The notes below the pieces were generated by a model. That model saw only the letters and a program-made list of their open reading frames with translations, was not told the origin of the DNA and did not search any database. From a virus (lineage: Duplodnaviria; Caudoviricetes), in IMG/VR virus record IMGVR_UViG_3300026543_000013, positions 1-37,642 of that record: DNA of 37,642 nt. One strand, 5' to 3'. Position numbers and translations under genes: made by a program. Positions 23,671-33,453 of this stretch are shown here, one piece after another. The first letter of the stretch is position 1. Each line of letters begins with the position of its first letter.

Positions 23671-26600
23671 GACTAACCCCGGAACTATTCAGCAATTACC
23701 TGACTCCCCAGAAATGGAAGCCATTGAGCCTTCGATCGGTGAGGTCTTTGGCGCCGGCTTTAGAATAGAAAACTCCCTTGTATCTGCGGCCTCTAATGGG
23801 TTTGGGTTTAATCAATTTGAACCTGAAGAAGGTTTTGATCCTTACCAACCTGAAGTAATAAAGGGTTATGAATTGTGGGCTGAGAATTTCATGGATGTTA
23901 AATCCTCTTCTGAAATGTCGATGGTGAAATCACAGATTGATAACGAGCTCCAAGATAAGCAGACATTGGATGCCGGAGGGGTGACAGGCTTTGTGGCTCA
24001 AGTCGCCGCAGGTATTACAGACCCCCTCTATTGGCCCCTGTTAGCTATTCCTGGCGGTGCGGCTATAAGGTCATCTACAAGTGTAGGACAGTCAGCGGCG
24101 AAGCTAGCGGCCATTGGTGGGATTTCAGAGATACCCGCAGAAGCGGTTAAACAATCGTTTCAAGAAACCCGAACCGGTACGGATTCCATGTTAGCGATTG
24201 GAGGCGCTACGGTCTTAAGTGGAATCTTGGGGGGTGTGGCTAAATCTCTGAGCACAGCAGAGATTAATACGATTTCCAAGAAGTTAGACGAGGTGATGTC
24301 TGATGCTGATACGCTTATTGTCCCAGGCAATAGTAAGTCTTTAAGTGCGGCTGAATCCGTCACTTTATCGAAAGCAGAGTTAAAGCCTGTTTCTGTTGGC
24401 GGTCTTGAGGCTATGGGAGTTAGTCCGTTATTAAGGGCTGAGAACTCCCCCTCTGTTAAAACCCGTCAGTTGTCGGCGGATATGATGGAATCGGCCACGG
24501 TTAAACAAGCCAATGTAGATGGTAAAGCAACCATTCCCGAGGGGGGAAGCGCAGAAACACGGATTAAGATGTGGGATGCTGGATTGTATCAAGGACTTAA
24601 AGACCTCGATAAATTTTATACGGCGTACCGTGGGGGCAAAGGAACAACCTCAAGAATTATTAACGATTATGTCATGCGAAATAAGGCCGGCAAGCTATCA
24701 CCCAAGGAATTTAGAGAAGAGGTAGGGAGAGTGGCCAGGCGGGGTGATGTATCGACTATCCCAGAAGTCCAGCAAGCGGCTGAATCTTTCCGCAAAAATG
24801 TGTTTGATCCGTTGAAAGAAGCGGCGATTAGGGAGAAGTTATTACCTCCAGGTGTTGAAGTGAGCACAGCAACGTCTTATTTAACAAGGGTTTACAATAC
24901 CAAAAAGATAGCGGCCAAGCGTCCAGAGTGGAACGGTATTGTAGAAAGCTGGCTAACCTCTAATCGTACAGCGGCGCAAGAGTTACGGGCGGGTGATGTC
25001 TCGCCGAAAATAAAAGCCGAAGAAGCTGGAACGGTATTCCATAGAACTACAGCAGATGAATTTTTTACATTTGAAAAGCGGCCGACTAGCAAGCCTAGTT
25101 TTTCTAAAGGGGAAGGTTTTTTCTTTTCTAAGTCTGCCGACGACCCTTCAATTAGTGTTTTTGGCTCAAATATAGTAGAGGCAAAAGTAAGTATTAAAAA
25201 GCCATCACCAATAGAGAGCTTAAAAACCGCAGGGGGTGAGGTGGGCCGTTCTAAAATACCTCTAAGTAAAGCACCAAAGGATTTAGAGGATACTGTTATT
25301 GGTGATCTAAACACGGGTATTAGCCATAATGACACGGGCGGGATAAACCCAAAATTAAGCAAAAAAGAATATGGAACTTTGGCTAAAAAAGCAGCCAAGC
25401 AGGGTAATTTATTTAGAGTGATAGACCCTGAAATTCTATCAAAGCAAAATGTGAAGGAAATAAAGGAGGCCGGCTTTGATGGCTTCGACTTTGAGGGCGT
25501 GGGCGGGACTCCAGGCCAGGTAATAGCCTTGTCAGCAGATCAGGTTAATGTTAAAAGCTTCACCAAAGGGGGTAAAAAATCACTCCCCCCAGGAAAAGCA
25601 GCGCCAGCTAAGGATCAATCTATTATTGAGGCTGAGGCTGCGTTAACGGATTTGGAGATTAAGCATATCGCTGAAGATATTACCAATAATATTATGGGTA
25701 TTGCTGCCGGCCGTGTCCCTTATGAAATAATTCCCAATGTTCGAGGCCCCTTGAAAGAAAGAACCTTTAACATCCCTGATCGTTTAATCGAAGACTTTTT
25801 AGAATCGGATATTGATATTGTGGCCAGGCAGTATAAAAGAACGATGGCGCCCGATGTCGAATTAACGCGATTGTACGGTAAGGCAGATATGGAGCAGGAA
25901 TTAGAGGACATTGCTTCGAGTTATACTGAATTAATCGACAAGGCCAAAACCGAAAAAGAACGCACTCAATTAACGCGGAAGCTGGAACAGGATCAAATCG
26001 ATATTAGTGCAATGCGAGATAGATTAAGAGGTTCGTACCGTACACCGGAAGACCCTAATAGCTTCTTTGTTCGTGCCGGCCGCGTGTTAAGAGATGTTAA
26101 TTTCGTCCGTATGCTGGGGGGTATGACCTTGAGCGCTATCCCTGATCTTGCTAGACCTATAGCGGTGAACGGTTTAAGGCCTGTATCACGCGGATTGATG
26201 ACTTTAGCCACCAGCCCTAAACGGTTTGGTATGGCCAAGGATGAAGTCAGGCGGGCGGCTGTTGGTTTGGATATGGTGTTAAATGGTCGCGCTGCGTCGA
26301 TGGCAGAACTCACAGACATTTACAACAAGGGCACTCAGTTTGAACGTGGATTGAGGCAGATGTCCGATGCCTTTGGCAAAATGACGTTAATGTCACAATG
26401 GAACACAGCTTTAAAAACGTTCTCGGGGGTCATAACGCAAGATAGAATCTTGGCAGGTGTTGTTAAGTTATCCGAGGGTAAAGCGTCCAAATCGATGATT
26501 ACGCGCCTTGCAGCGTCTGGAATAGGAGTACCCCAGGCCAAAGCTATTGCTAAACAGTTTCAGAAGCATGGTGATACCGGGAGTTTAAATCTTTCCAATG

Positions 26601-27244
26601 GTCACTTGTGGGATAATCACGAAGCCTTAGAGGTCTTCAGGGCGGCTGTACTTAAGGATGTAGACAGGACTATAGTAACTCCAGGGTTAGGGGAAAAACC
26701 TTTATGGACTAGCTCGGAAACGGGAAAGTTAATCTTTCAGTTTAAAACCTTTGCGGCGAGTGCTCACAATAAAATATTAGTCGCTGATTTACAGTACAGG
26801 GATGCCGAAGCCTTAAACGGTTTTTTGTTATCGGTCGCTTTTGGTACTGCGGCTTATGGAGCGAAAGAATTTGTGGCCGGCAGAGAGATTAGTTCTGATC
26901 CTAAAAAGCTGATTGTCGAATCTTTGGATAGATCGGGGGTCTTCGGGTATTTTTGGGATGCGAACAATATTGTGGAGAAGATGACTAGGGGAGAGGTCGG
27001 AGTAAACAAAGCGATTGGCGCCCCTCCTATGTCAAGATATGCAAGCCGCAATATCATGGGTGCATTACTTGGCCCTTCGGCGGGTACGATTGAGGACTTA
27101 AACGCTGTAACCGGGGCAATAGCGCAGGGTGAGTTTACAGAATCAGATTTACGGCGTGTTAGAAAGCTATTGCCTGGCCAGAATTTATTTTATATCCGTC
27201 AATTATTAAACACTTTAGAAAAAGATATAGGTGCAGGATTATGA
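23654..27244 (+). CDS. large internal virion protein with inserted ART-like domain
   Basis: 1196 aa; SYLTRVYN, LKERT and FQFKTF motifs of T7 gp16-position proteins; insert at aa ~459-636. Confidence 0.85.
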   Translation: MPLISETNPGTIQQLPDSPEMEAIEPSIGEVFGAGFRIENSLVSAASNGFGFNQFEPEEGFDPYQPEVIKGYELWAENFMDVKSSSEMSMVKSQIDNELQDKQTLDAGGVTGFVAQVAAGITDPLYWPLLAIPGGAAIRSSTSVGQSAAKLAAIGGISEIPAEAVKQSFQETRTGTDSMLAIGGATVLSGILGGVAKSLSTAEINTISKKLDEVMSDADTLIVPGNSKSLSAAESVTLSKAELKPVSVGGLEAMGVSPLLRAENSPSVKTRQLSADMMESATVKQANVDGKATIPEGGSAETRIKMWDAGLYQGLKDLDKFYTAYRGGKGTTSRIINDYVMRNKAGKLSPKEFREEVGRVARRGDVSTIPEVQQAAESFRKNVFDPLKEAAIREKLLPPGVEVSTATSYLTRVYNTKKIAAKRPEWNGIVESWLTSNRTAAQELRAGDVSPKIKAEEAGTVFHRTTADEFFTFEKRPTSKPSFSKGEGFFFSKSADDPSISVFGSNIVEAKVSIKKPSPIESLKTAGGEVGRSKIPLSKAPKDLEDTVIGDLNTGISHNDTGGINPKLSKKEYGTLAKKAAKQGNLFRVIDPEILSKQNVKEIKEAGFDGFDFEGVGGTPGQVIALSADQVNVKSFTKGGKKSLPPGKAAPAKDQSIIEAEAALTDLEIKHIAEDITNNIMGIAAGRVPYEIIPNVRGPLKERTFNIPDRLIEDFLESDIDIVARQYKRTMAPDVELTRLYGKADMEQELEDIASSYTELIDKAKTEKERTQLTRKLEQDQIDISAMRDRLRGSYRTPEDPNSFFVRAGRVLRDVNFVRMLGGMTLSAIPDLARPIAVNGLRPVSRGLMTLATSPKRFGMAKDEVRRAAVGLDMVLNGRAASMAELTDIYNKGTQFERGLRQMSDAFGKMTLMSQWNTALKTFSGVITQDRILAGVVKLSEGKASKSMITRLAASGIGVPQAKAIAKQFQKHGDTGSLNLSNGHLWDNHEALEVFRAAVLKDVDRTIVTPGLGEKPLWTSSETGKLIFQFKTFAASAHNKILVADLQYRDAEALNGFLLSVAFGTAAYGAKEFVAGREISSDPKKLIVESLDRSGVFGYFWDANNIVEKMTRGEVGVNKAIGAPPMSRYASRNIMGALLGPSAGTIEDLNAVTGAIAQGEFTESDLRRVRKLLPGQNLFYIRQLLNTLEKDIGAGL

Positions 27245-29385
27245 CAGTAACAAGCCTACCCGTAAGGGATGAGTTCACAGCCACAGCAAGCCAAACGGTG
27301 TTTAATTACACGTTTAAAATCTTTGCTGATGGTCAATTAAATGTCTATATCACGCCATCTGGACAGGAGGCGAATGACTCTACCGACATTACAACGGCTT
27401 ACACGATTGATCCGGGTACGATTGGAAACCCTGTAGGGGGTTTTATTACGCTTAATTCTGGCGCTTCTTCTGGTGATTTAGTCACTATTGTGTCGAATAT
27501 CCCTGAAGCAAGAACAACCGATTATCAGAATAGCGGCGACTTCCTACCCGAAACGGTTAACGATGATTTTGATACGGTTGTCTCATTGACCAAGCAGCAG
27601 GAGGATAGAAGCTCACGGACGCTTTCTTTTCAGGAGTCTTTACAGAATGCCACGGCTTTAACTTTAGCCTCTCCAGTAGCGGGTTTATATCTAGCGTGGA
27701 ACTCTACAGCCACAGGGACTGAAAACGTCGGTGCCCCAGGGGCCATACAACCCAGCGAGCTAAACGGCACAACGGCTCAGATGGTGGCTAATGCGTCACT
27801 ATTGGCGGGTGAGTTTATTATAACCTCCGGTCGTACCTCTAGCGGTGATGGTGGTGGTAGTTTATTTCTATCTCAAACTGTAACGGGTGGTTCAGATGAT
27901 GGCGGCTCTTTGCTTAAAGGTGTAGGTAATCCGGGCATTGAGTTTGTTAACTTATTCCCAGGAGGAATAGGAAACTTAAGAATGTGGGGCGTTATAGGTG
28001 ACGGCGTTATTGATGACACAATAGATATCCTCGCAGCTCTAACTTACGGATCACTTAACGATGTACCCATCTACGGATTAGACGGGGATATTTATTTAAT
28101 CTCCTCACTGATTATTCCGATTAACACTAAATTACTAGGGTCAGGGTTTAACTTCCTTTCTGACGGGTCAGTCAGTGGCGCTAATCAAATCATTAAAGTA
28201 CTGGCCGATTGCGAGATTACCGAATTAATACTTGATGTCGGCTCAAATAACCCCTCTTCACGCGCTTTAGAAGTAGGTGATAGATACAAAGGCCGCAGGC
28301 TAATAGTCACTTCAGTCAATCAAAATACGGAAACAGGCAACCTTGAAGGTGCTATTCAAATACGTGGAGTAGATGTTGATATTGATTACGTTGAGGCAGA
28401 TAAGTTTGATAATGGTGGGGTTTTCTTTGCGGCGTCGGGTCGTATTGGTACGCTTAAAGTCAGTTTATTCAGGCGTGGTTTTTACGTAAGACAGACAACC
28501 GATCTAACCGTTGAACGGTTTGTCGCTGATCAAGCCAGTCCTAATGCCACGCTATCAGCTGGGCAGAATGCTCTACTAATGGAGTCATCATCAGGCTCCC
28601 CTGACTCGACTAGCAATATTCGTATTTTAGATATTGATATTGATGGCAGTGGAGAACACGGTATTCGATTGGGTGGTGACGATACTATTAGCGATGTCTA
28701 TTTAGGGCCAAGCATTATACGAAATACAGGCTCATGCGGCATTAAGATTCTAGGCGGTGGTACAACTGCGACCACTTTACACCGTAGAATAGTAATCGCT
28801 GAGTACAATATGTGGGATTTAGGCCAGGGTGTTAACGATAACCAATGTGGCTTATTGTTAATGAGATGCCAGGGCTTAACGGTTGCTTCTGGATCAATCA
28901 GAAAAGTGAGTAAGACTTTCTCTGTTCATACAGGCATTCGGATTGAAGGTTGTTTCCAGGCCACCATAGACCTTGTTAATATCGAGGATTGCGAGTCTAA
29001 CGGGCTTATCTTTGACAGCGGTAATGGTGATGATATGGACGATGTCACGGTGGCCGGGGGTAATATTCGCCAGTGTGGAGGGTCTGGAATCGTTTTAGAC
29101 ACAACCTCTATCACCATGCGAAGAGTTAAGGTGATGGGCAAGCCTAATGTCGAAAGCAATGCTGCGGGGGTCACAGTGCAGGGCGGTGGTACATTAACCG
29201 ATTGCTTGATTGAAGCACATCTAGTGCAGAATACACTGGATACACAGTGGGCAAGCGCTCCAGCCTGCCTAGCGAATTTCTCCAATGATCACCCATCAGC
29301 AGCAAAACCGGCTAATGGATCGACCTCTCAAGAGGATGGGGGTTCTTTTTACATTATGAAAGGTGCGGTATGGACAGCGCTTTAA
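27241..29385 (+). CDS. tailspike (T7-type N-terminal anchor + pectate-lyase-like beta-helix)
   Basis: FTATASQTVFNYTF anchor; WGVIGDGVIDDT beta-helix cap; repeated GI.I strands. Confidence 0.88.
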   Translation: MTVTSLPVRDEFTATASQTVFNYTFKIFADGQLNVYITPSGQEANDSTDITTAYTIDPGTIGNPVGGFITLNSGASSGDLVTIVSNIPEARTTDYQNSGDFLPETVNDDFDTVVSLTKQQEDRSSRTLSFQESLQNATALTLASPVAGLYLAWNSTATGTENVGAPGAIQPSELNGTTAQMVANASLLAGEFIITSGRTSSGDGGGSLFLSQTVTGGSDDGGSLLKGVGNPGIEFVNLFPGGIGNLRMWGVIGDGVIDDTIDILAALTYGSLNDVPIYGLDGDIYLISSLIIPINTKLLGSGFNFLSDGSVSGANQIIKVLADCEITELILDVGSNNPSSRALEVGDRYKGRRLIVTSVNQNTETGNLEGAIQIRGVDVDIDYVEADKFDNGGVFFAASGRIGTLKVSLFRRGFYVRQTTDLTVERFVADQASPNATLSAGQNALLMESSSGSPDSTSNIRILDIDIDGSGEHGIRLGGDDTISDVYLGPSIIRNTGSCGIKILGGGTTATTLHRRIVIAEYNMWDLGQGVNDNQCGLLLMRCQGLTVASGSIRKVSKTFSVHTGIRIEGCFQATIDLVNIEDCESNGLIFDSGNGDDMDDVTVAGGNIRQCGGSGIVLDTTSITMRRVKVMGKPNVESNAAGVTVQGGGTLTDCLIEAHLVQNTLDTQWASAPACLANFSNDHPSAAKPANGSTSQEDGGSFYIMKGAVWTAL

Positions 29386-29780
29386 ACATCTCTATTAAGT
29401 GCGCGATAGATTTCAATAACGTCTGATTCAATCTGTTCTGTGATGGTTGAGCTATTGTATTCAATATCCAGATAGACATATCGAGTGAGTAGGGCGATTA
29501 ATCCAATAGCGAATACGTATTCGACAAGCTTGATCATTCCGTATATCCCCAGCATCTTTAGAGTGATTAGGTTAAATTGCAGCTTTGTGCCCTGTTTTAG
29601 ATTGCAGGGGCCGCATTGCAGCTTTAAATTGATCTTCCATAGCCTCGACATCTTAAATCGACTAGCCGCGAGTATATGCCCGCTCTGAATGTCGACTGAG
29701 CTACCACAATCACTGCACATTAACTGCTTATGCGCCCTGGCTAATCTCTTCCAGGGCCTGCTGTTGTGGAATTTACTCAC
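29382..29780 (-). CDS. HNH/NinG-like Zn nuclease domain fused to a TM segment
   Basis: CSDCG...GH...NLKLQCGPCN..G followed by VFAIGLIALL. Confidence 0.7.
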   Translation of the reverse strand: MSKFHNSRPWKRLARAHKQLMCSDCGSSVDIQSGHILAASRFKMSRLWKINLKLQCGPCNLKQGTKLQFNLITLKMLGIYGMIKLVEYVFAIGLIALLTRYVYLDIEYNSSTITEQIESDVIEIYRALNRDV

Positions 29781-29782
29781 GG

Positions 29783-29971
29783 CTATAAAGGGTCAGCATT
29801 TATTCGCTTATTCCATGAGGTATTTTTATCTATCCAGCCAGTCTCGCCGGTTTCTAACTTGCACCCGCAATCCACACAGCTTATTATCATGCTAACTCTA
29901 TGAGTTCCCTGCCGTTCAACTCCAGCCTTGCCGCCGCAAAAGGGGCAATTTCTAAGCTTTGTCTTATCCAT
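29783..29971 (-). CDS. Lar-family restriction alleviation protein
   Basis: LRNCPFCGGKA...ISCVDCG...WNKR. Confidence 0.8.
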   Translation of the reverse strand: MDKTKLRNCPFCGGKAGVERQGTHRVSMIISCVDCGCKLETGETGWIDKNTSWNKRINADPL

Positions 29972-30248
29972 TATTTACTTCCTCGTTACGGCTTCTCGCA
30001 ATATCGGCCAGGGCTTTGATATCAATGTGATACTCGCCAGTGTGGTGCCATTTAACAGCGTCTGGCGCAATCATTACCCATAGCGCCATGTGATTGGTAT
30101 TAAGTATCTGATATTTCTTCGACAGCAATAAATACGCCCGGAAAAGGAATAGCATAAATAAAACGACACTCAACCCCATAGTTACAATTACCCAATCAGC
30201 AGAGCTTGGGTTTAATATTTCAAATATTTGAGCTAGCGTGCTTGGCAT
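29964..30248 (-). CDS. membrane protein
   Basis: TM helix WVIVTMGLSVVLFMLFLF. Confidence 0.65.
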   Translation of the reverse strand: MPSTLAQIFEILNPSSADWVIVTMGLSVVLFMLFLFRAYLLLSKKYQILNTNHMALWVMIAPDAVKWHHTGEYHIDIKALADIARSRNEEVNNG

Positions 30249-30293
30249 ACTCTTTCACCTTATCAGTTACACATTCTATATAGTTGTTAGCGG

Positions 30294-30521
30294 TTATTTA
30301 GCTTTGTCTACCATTACTAGTGAGAATGACGCATTACACGGATGGTCTTGATCCTCTATTTCGTGCTCTCTAACGTGGATTACTAAGCCGCTATTAACGG
30401 TAATTTCATGCTCTTGAGCATAGCTACCATTATTTTTATTTCTCCTGATATGTTTTGCGACCGCCTCCAATGCATCGTAGCTTGGCGTTCGCTCACATGC
30501 ATATATGTTTATAGTTGCCAT
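30294..30521 (-). CDS. hypothetical protein
   Basis: GGAGA RBS. Confidence 0.65.
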   Translation of the reverse strand: MATINIYACERTPSYDALEAVAKHIRRNKNNGSYAQEHEITVNSGLVIHVREHEIEDQDHPCNASFSLVMVDKAK

Positions 30522-30560
30522 TTCTATCTCCAGTAGTTAAGCCGTCCATGGCATTAATGA

Positions 30561-31058
30561 TTAAAAGTTAGCTTTTATCGCAAAACTCATCATCGTAGAG
30601 CCGTCAATGTCCATAAGCTCGCCTGATACCGTCACAGCTTCACGTACGTCATAAGTTAGCCCTGCACCGTAGTTAGTCGCTGAATCGGTAGCACTGGCTG
30701 TCTCGCCATTCTTGGACGCCTTAGCCTTAGCTTTAGTCTGCCCGATAAATGCATAGGGATTTAAACCACCGGCTCCACTGACAGGATAGGTAATCACAAT
30801 ATCACCGCCCCACATATCCTTAAGCTCTACGCGCGCACCGTTTACCGTTTCATCTTCAGCCAGGATCATGTAGCGACCACGGACAGAAAAGAGCCCGCCC
30901 AGTACATCGCCGAAGTGATAGCCGCCGACCAAGTTAACGCCGTTGAAATCGCCGACATCAGTATCCAGGTTAAACATCGATGTGCCGATAAATGCATCAC
31001 CTCTTGCTACACCAATACCTGCAAATGTTAAAATCAATATTGCTAATATACTCTTCAT
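30561..31058 (-). CDS. outer-membrane 8-strand beta-barrel protein (Ail/Lom/OmpA-TM-like)
   Basis: Signal peptide; LNPYAFIG, NYGAGLTY; terminal Phe (KANF). Confidence 0.85.
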   Translation of the reverse strand: MKSILAILILTFAGIGVARGDAFIGTSMFNLDTDVGDFNGVNLVGGYHFGDVLGGLFSVRGRYMILAEDETVNGARVELKDMWGGDIVITYPVSGAGGLNPYAFIGQTKAKAKASKNGETASATDSATNYGAGLTYDVREAVTVSGELMDIDGSTMMSFAIKANF

Positions 31059-31095
31059 AGTTTTCTCACTTTAGTTGATGGCTTTCGCCAGTTGG

Positions 31096-31455
31096 TTAAT
31101 AGTTACCACTCCAGCCCGCAGGCCCATTAGATCGACTGTCAATATGTGTAAAGGTATTATACCGCCCTATACCGCCAGCGCCGATACTTTCAGCGTATGC
31201 CGCAACATCATCAGGCTCAGTATCGGCCACTGTAATATCAGCAGCCCTACCCTGTACGTGTTGAGACTTTCGAGAGCCGCCTACATTCTCGTTATGAATA
31301 GCACAGCGACAACCCGAGTTAATTACCACAGGTTTATCAAAGTGATGTCTGATGCGCTCCAGTAGGTTTATAAGCATGACATCGACGGTATCGAACCCGC
31401 AGCCACATCGGCATTGAAATTCTACGCGTGTAAAGTGTTCGCTAAGTTTAATCAT
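31096..31455 (-). CDS. peptidase M15 endolysin
   Basis: HFTRVEFQCRCGCG, INSGCRC..HN..VGGS..SQH..GRAADI, FTHIDSR. Confidence 0.92.
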   Translation of the reverse strand: MIKLSEHFTRVEFQCRCGCGFDTVDVMLINLLERIRHHFDKPVVINSGCRCAIHNENVGGSRKSQHVQGRAADITVADTEPDDVAAYAESIGAGGIGRYNTFTHIDSRSNGPAGWSGNY

Positions 31456-31877
31456 TTTTTAATCTCCAGTAGTTCAGGGTTGGAATGTACGTTACCGATT
31501 ACAAGATAGTCATTGTTGGCAGCTCTAGACGCCCTTAGCGATTCGATTAATGTGCCATGAGTACCTTTGCCGCCAAGCTGAAATAAGCCATCCTTAAAGA
31601 CAATCTCTGATAGATTGAGGTTTGATTTAATGTAGGCGCTAGGCTGAACAATATCGCCTTCATATATCGGAGTGTCGTTCTTATCGAATAATCCGGTGAA
31701 TTGCATCCACTCAACAGTATTTAATATTGACGATGAATCGAGCGTATGATTAACGAGTTCCACTTTCGACGCCTCAACACCATCCCAGTAGCTAACATCA
31801 TGCTCAGCCGATTCGTCGTTATACATCATAACTTTTTCGTTTAAATCCCATCCTCTGAATCTTATCTCTCTGCTCAT
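31452..31877 (-). CDS. YopX-family protein
   Basis: REIRFRGWD...MQFTGL.DKN..IYEGDIV...VIGNVHSNPELL. Confidence 0.92.
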   Translation of the reverse strand: MSREIRFRGWDLNEKVMMYNDESAEHDVSYWDGVEASKVELVNHTLDSSSILNTVEWMQFTGLFDKNDTPIYEGDIVQPSAYIKSNLNLSEIVFKDGLFQLGGKGTHGTLIESLRASRAANNDYLVIGNVHSNPELLEIKK

Positions 31878-32098
31878 TTATCCACCTCCACTAACATATA
31901 AGTATAACCAGAAAGATTGCATACAATATCTTGCATCTCTCTGAATCTGGCTGTCATTGCTGCATCTGAGTAGCGCTTTTTATATCGATTGAAATAGAGA
32001 TTACAGATTTCAAAAGCCCTCAATCCACGCTTACGACCGGCTAACAGTTTTCTTAGATTGCAGTGAATAGTTGAAACGCCTTCCGCTCTAGCATCCAT
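31874..32098 (-). CDS. putative winged-HTH protein
   Basis: LRAFEI...SDAAMTARFRE pattern. Confidence 0.55.
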   Translation of the reverse strand: MDARAEGVSTIHCNLRKLLAGRKRGLRAFEICNLYFNRYKKRYSDAAMTARFREMQDIVCNLSGYTYMLVEVDK

Positions 32099-32099
32099 A

Positions 32100-32246
32100 T
32101 CAGAACCCTCCAGTAGCTAAGCAAATAATTAAATAGTGAATGACTAGCAGGAATCCAAAGCCCGACAAGAGATACCGTTTATCCGACATGACCTGTTCGT
32201 CTTCTACTTCTTTGCGCTTATCAAAGTCTTTCCGTCTTTTATACAT
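32100..32246 (-). CDS. small membrane protein (start revised to MYKRRK)
   Basis: C-terminal TM; GGGA RBS. Confidence 0.5.
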   Translation of the reverse strand: MYKRRKDFDKRKEVEDEQVMSDKRYLLSGFGFLLVIHYLIICLATGGF

Positions 32247-32319
32247 AATCTTTATCCCTGATATTTCCAGATTAATATTATTACTGCTACCTCTAAAACT
32301 AATAGCAAGTAAATGAATG

Positions 32320-32709
32320 TCACCCGTTAGGCTTCCAGTTCTTCGCAAACTTCTCAGCGCTTCGACCTACCACATAGCCGCCCAGGCCGATCTTAACAAT
32401 ATCAAGTAGCGACATAACTTGTTCCGGTGGCAGGTTTGCAGGCGTAAATCCTAGCCAATGAGCCACAATTAAACCGGTAAAGGTTAGCATCGTAGTCGGT
32501 CGCCAGTTACGCTGCATCCAGCTTTCGCCCTGAGCTTCGGCAACAATAATACTTTTCTGCGCGTCAACTATTTTAGAGTCAAGACCAACTAAAGAATTGG
32601 ATATTTCAAACTTGAACTGCTCGGCCTTATCTTTATCCACTACAAACTTATCCACAATGCTAAACATCGGTTTTATAGCTGCACTAATAATATCTGTTAT
32701 TGGATTCAT
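32320..32709 (-). CDS. holin (3TM, GTA-type)
   Basis: IVDKFV.DKD, AEAQGESWMQRNWRP, IGLGGYVVGRSAEK. Confidence 0.88.
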   Translation of the reverse strand: MNPITDIISAAIKPMFSIVDKFVVDKDKAEQFKFEISNSLVGLDSKIVDAQKSIIVAEAQGESWMQRNWRPTTMLTFTGLIVAHWLGFTPANLPPEQVMSLLDIVKIGLGGYVVGRSAEKFAKNWKPNG

Positions 32710-32951
32710 ATAAACGTTCCCCCGTTATCTGTAATGATTTTTTCATGCTCGATTAGCGAGTCTTTAAACTCGACCATTGTATTGATTAGCATCCCTGATA
32801 CATCATCATGCGCTAATTTATTGTATAAGGTTTCTAGCTCAATAAGCCCAACCTTTAACACAAACCTTGTCTGCTTAGACCTTACCACTGATGGGTTATT
32901 GTTACCTTTCGCGCATTCGGTGCGGTCAGGAAAAGCGATTATTTCCGACAT
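32706..32951 (-). CDS. hypothetical protein
   Basis: MSEIIAFP start; coupling. Confidence 0.6.
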   Translation of the reverse strand: MSEIIAFPDRTECAKGNNNPSVVRSKQTRFVLKVGLIELETLYNKLAHDDVSGMLINTMVEFKDSLIEHEKIITDNGGTFI

Positions 32952-33271
32952 ACTGCGACCCCATTGATACAATAAAGCATCTTATCTACCAGTTGCCCTA
33001 TCCTGCTTTTTTTGTAACTGCTTCTTGGATCGTCACAGCGCTGATAATAATAGCCTTTCAAATAAGCATCATAATAAAGCTCTAGCCATTTCTCTTTAGG
33101 TAGCCATTTTTTAATAAAATACTCTTCCTGAACAATATCCTCTATCCTGACTCCTTTGCTTACACATTCAGAAACCATATCCAGGTATAGGCTTCCTGCA
33201 CTGTAGGGCATGCTGTGCTTTAATATTCCTTTCAATATACCGATACACTGTTTCTTGATGTGCTTGGCCAT
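32939..33271 (-). CDS. hypothetical protein (start revised to MAKHIK)
   Basis: GAGGA RBS. Confidence 0.6.
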   Translation of the reverse strand: MAKHIKKQCIGILKGILKHSMPYSAGSLYLDMVSECVSKGVRIEDIVQEEYFIKKWLPKEKWLELYYDAYLKGYYYQRCDDPRSSYKKSRIGQLVDKMLYCINGVAVCRK

Positions 33272-33282
33272 GATCGTATCCT

Positions 33283-33453
33283 CTAATTTAAAGTAGGAAT
33301 AAATCGATACTGTACGGGCTTCTTTGTCTTCTTGCGTCGGGCATGAGCCACGCACATTTTAAGTATTCTCATTAGCTTGCTGAAAGCAATCCACTCAACA
33401 AAAAAAGTAATTCGCCCGTGTCGATCAAACTCAAATAATTTAGTCTTTAACAT
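33283..33453 (-). CDS. hypothetical protein (56 aa, MLKTKLFEFD; not in ORF track)
   Basis: Fills the gap; overlaps the rusA stop. Confidence 0.5.
   Translation of the reverse strand: MLKTKLFEFDRHGRITFFVEWIAFSKLMRILKMCVAHARRKKTKKPVQYRFIPTLN

Noticed and set aside
27241-29385. Diversity-generating retroelement, as in BPP-1-like phages
   Set aside because: No reverse transcriptase ORF, and I saw no TR/VR pair differing at adenines
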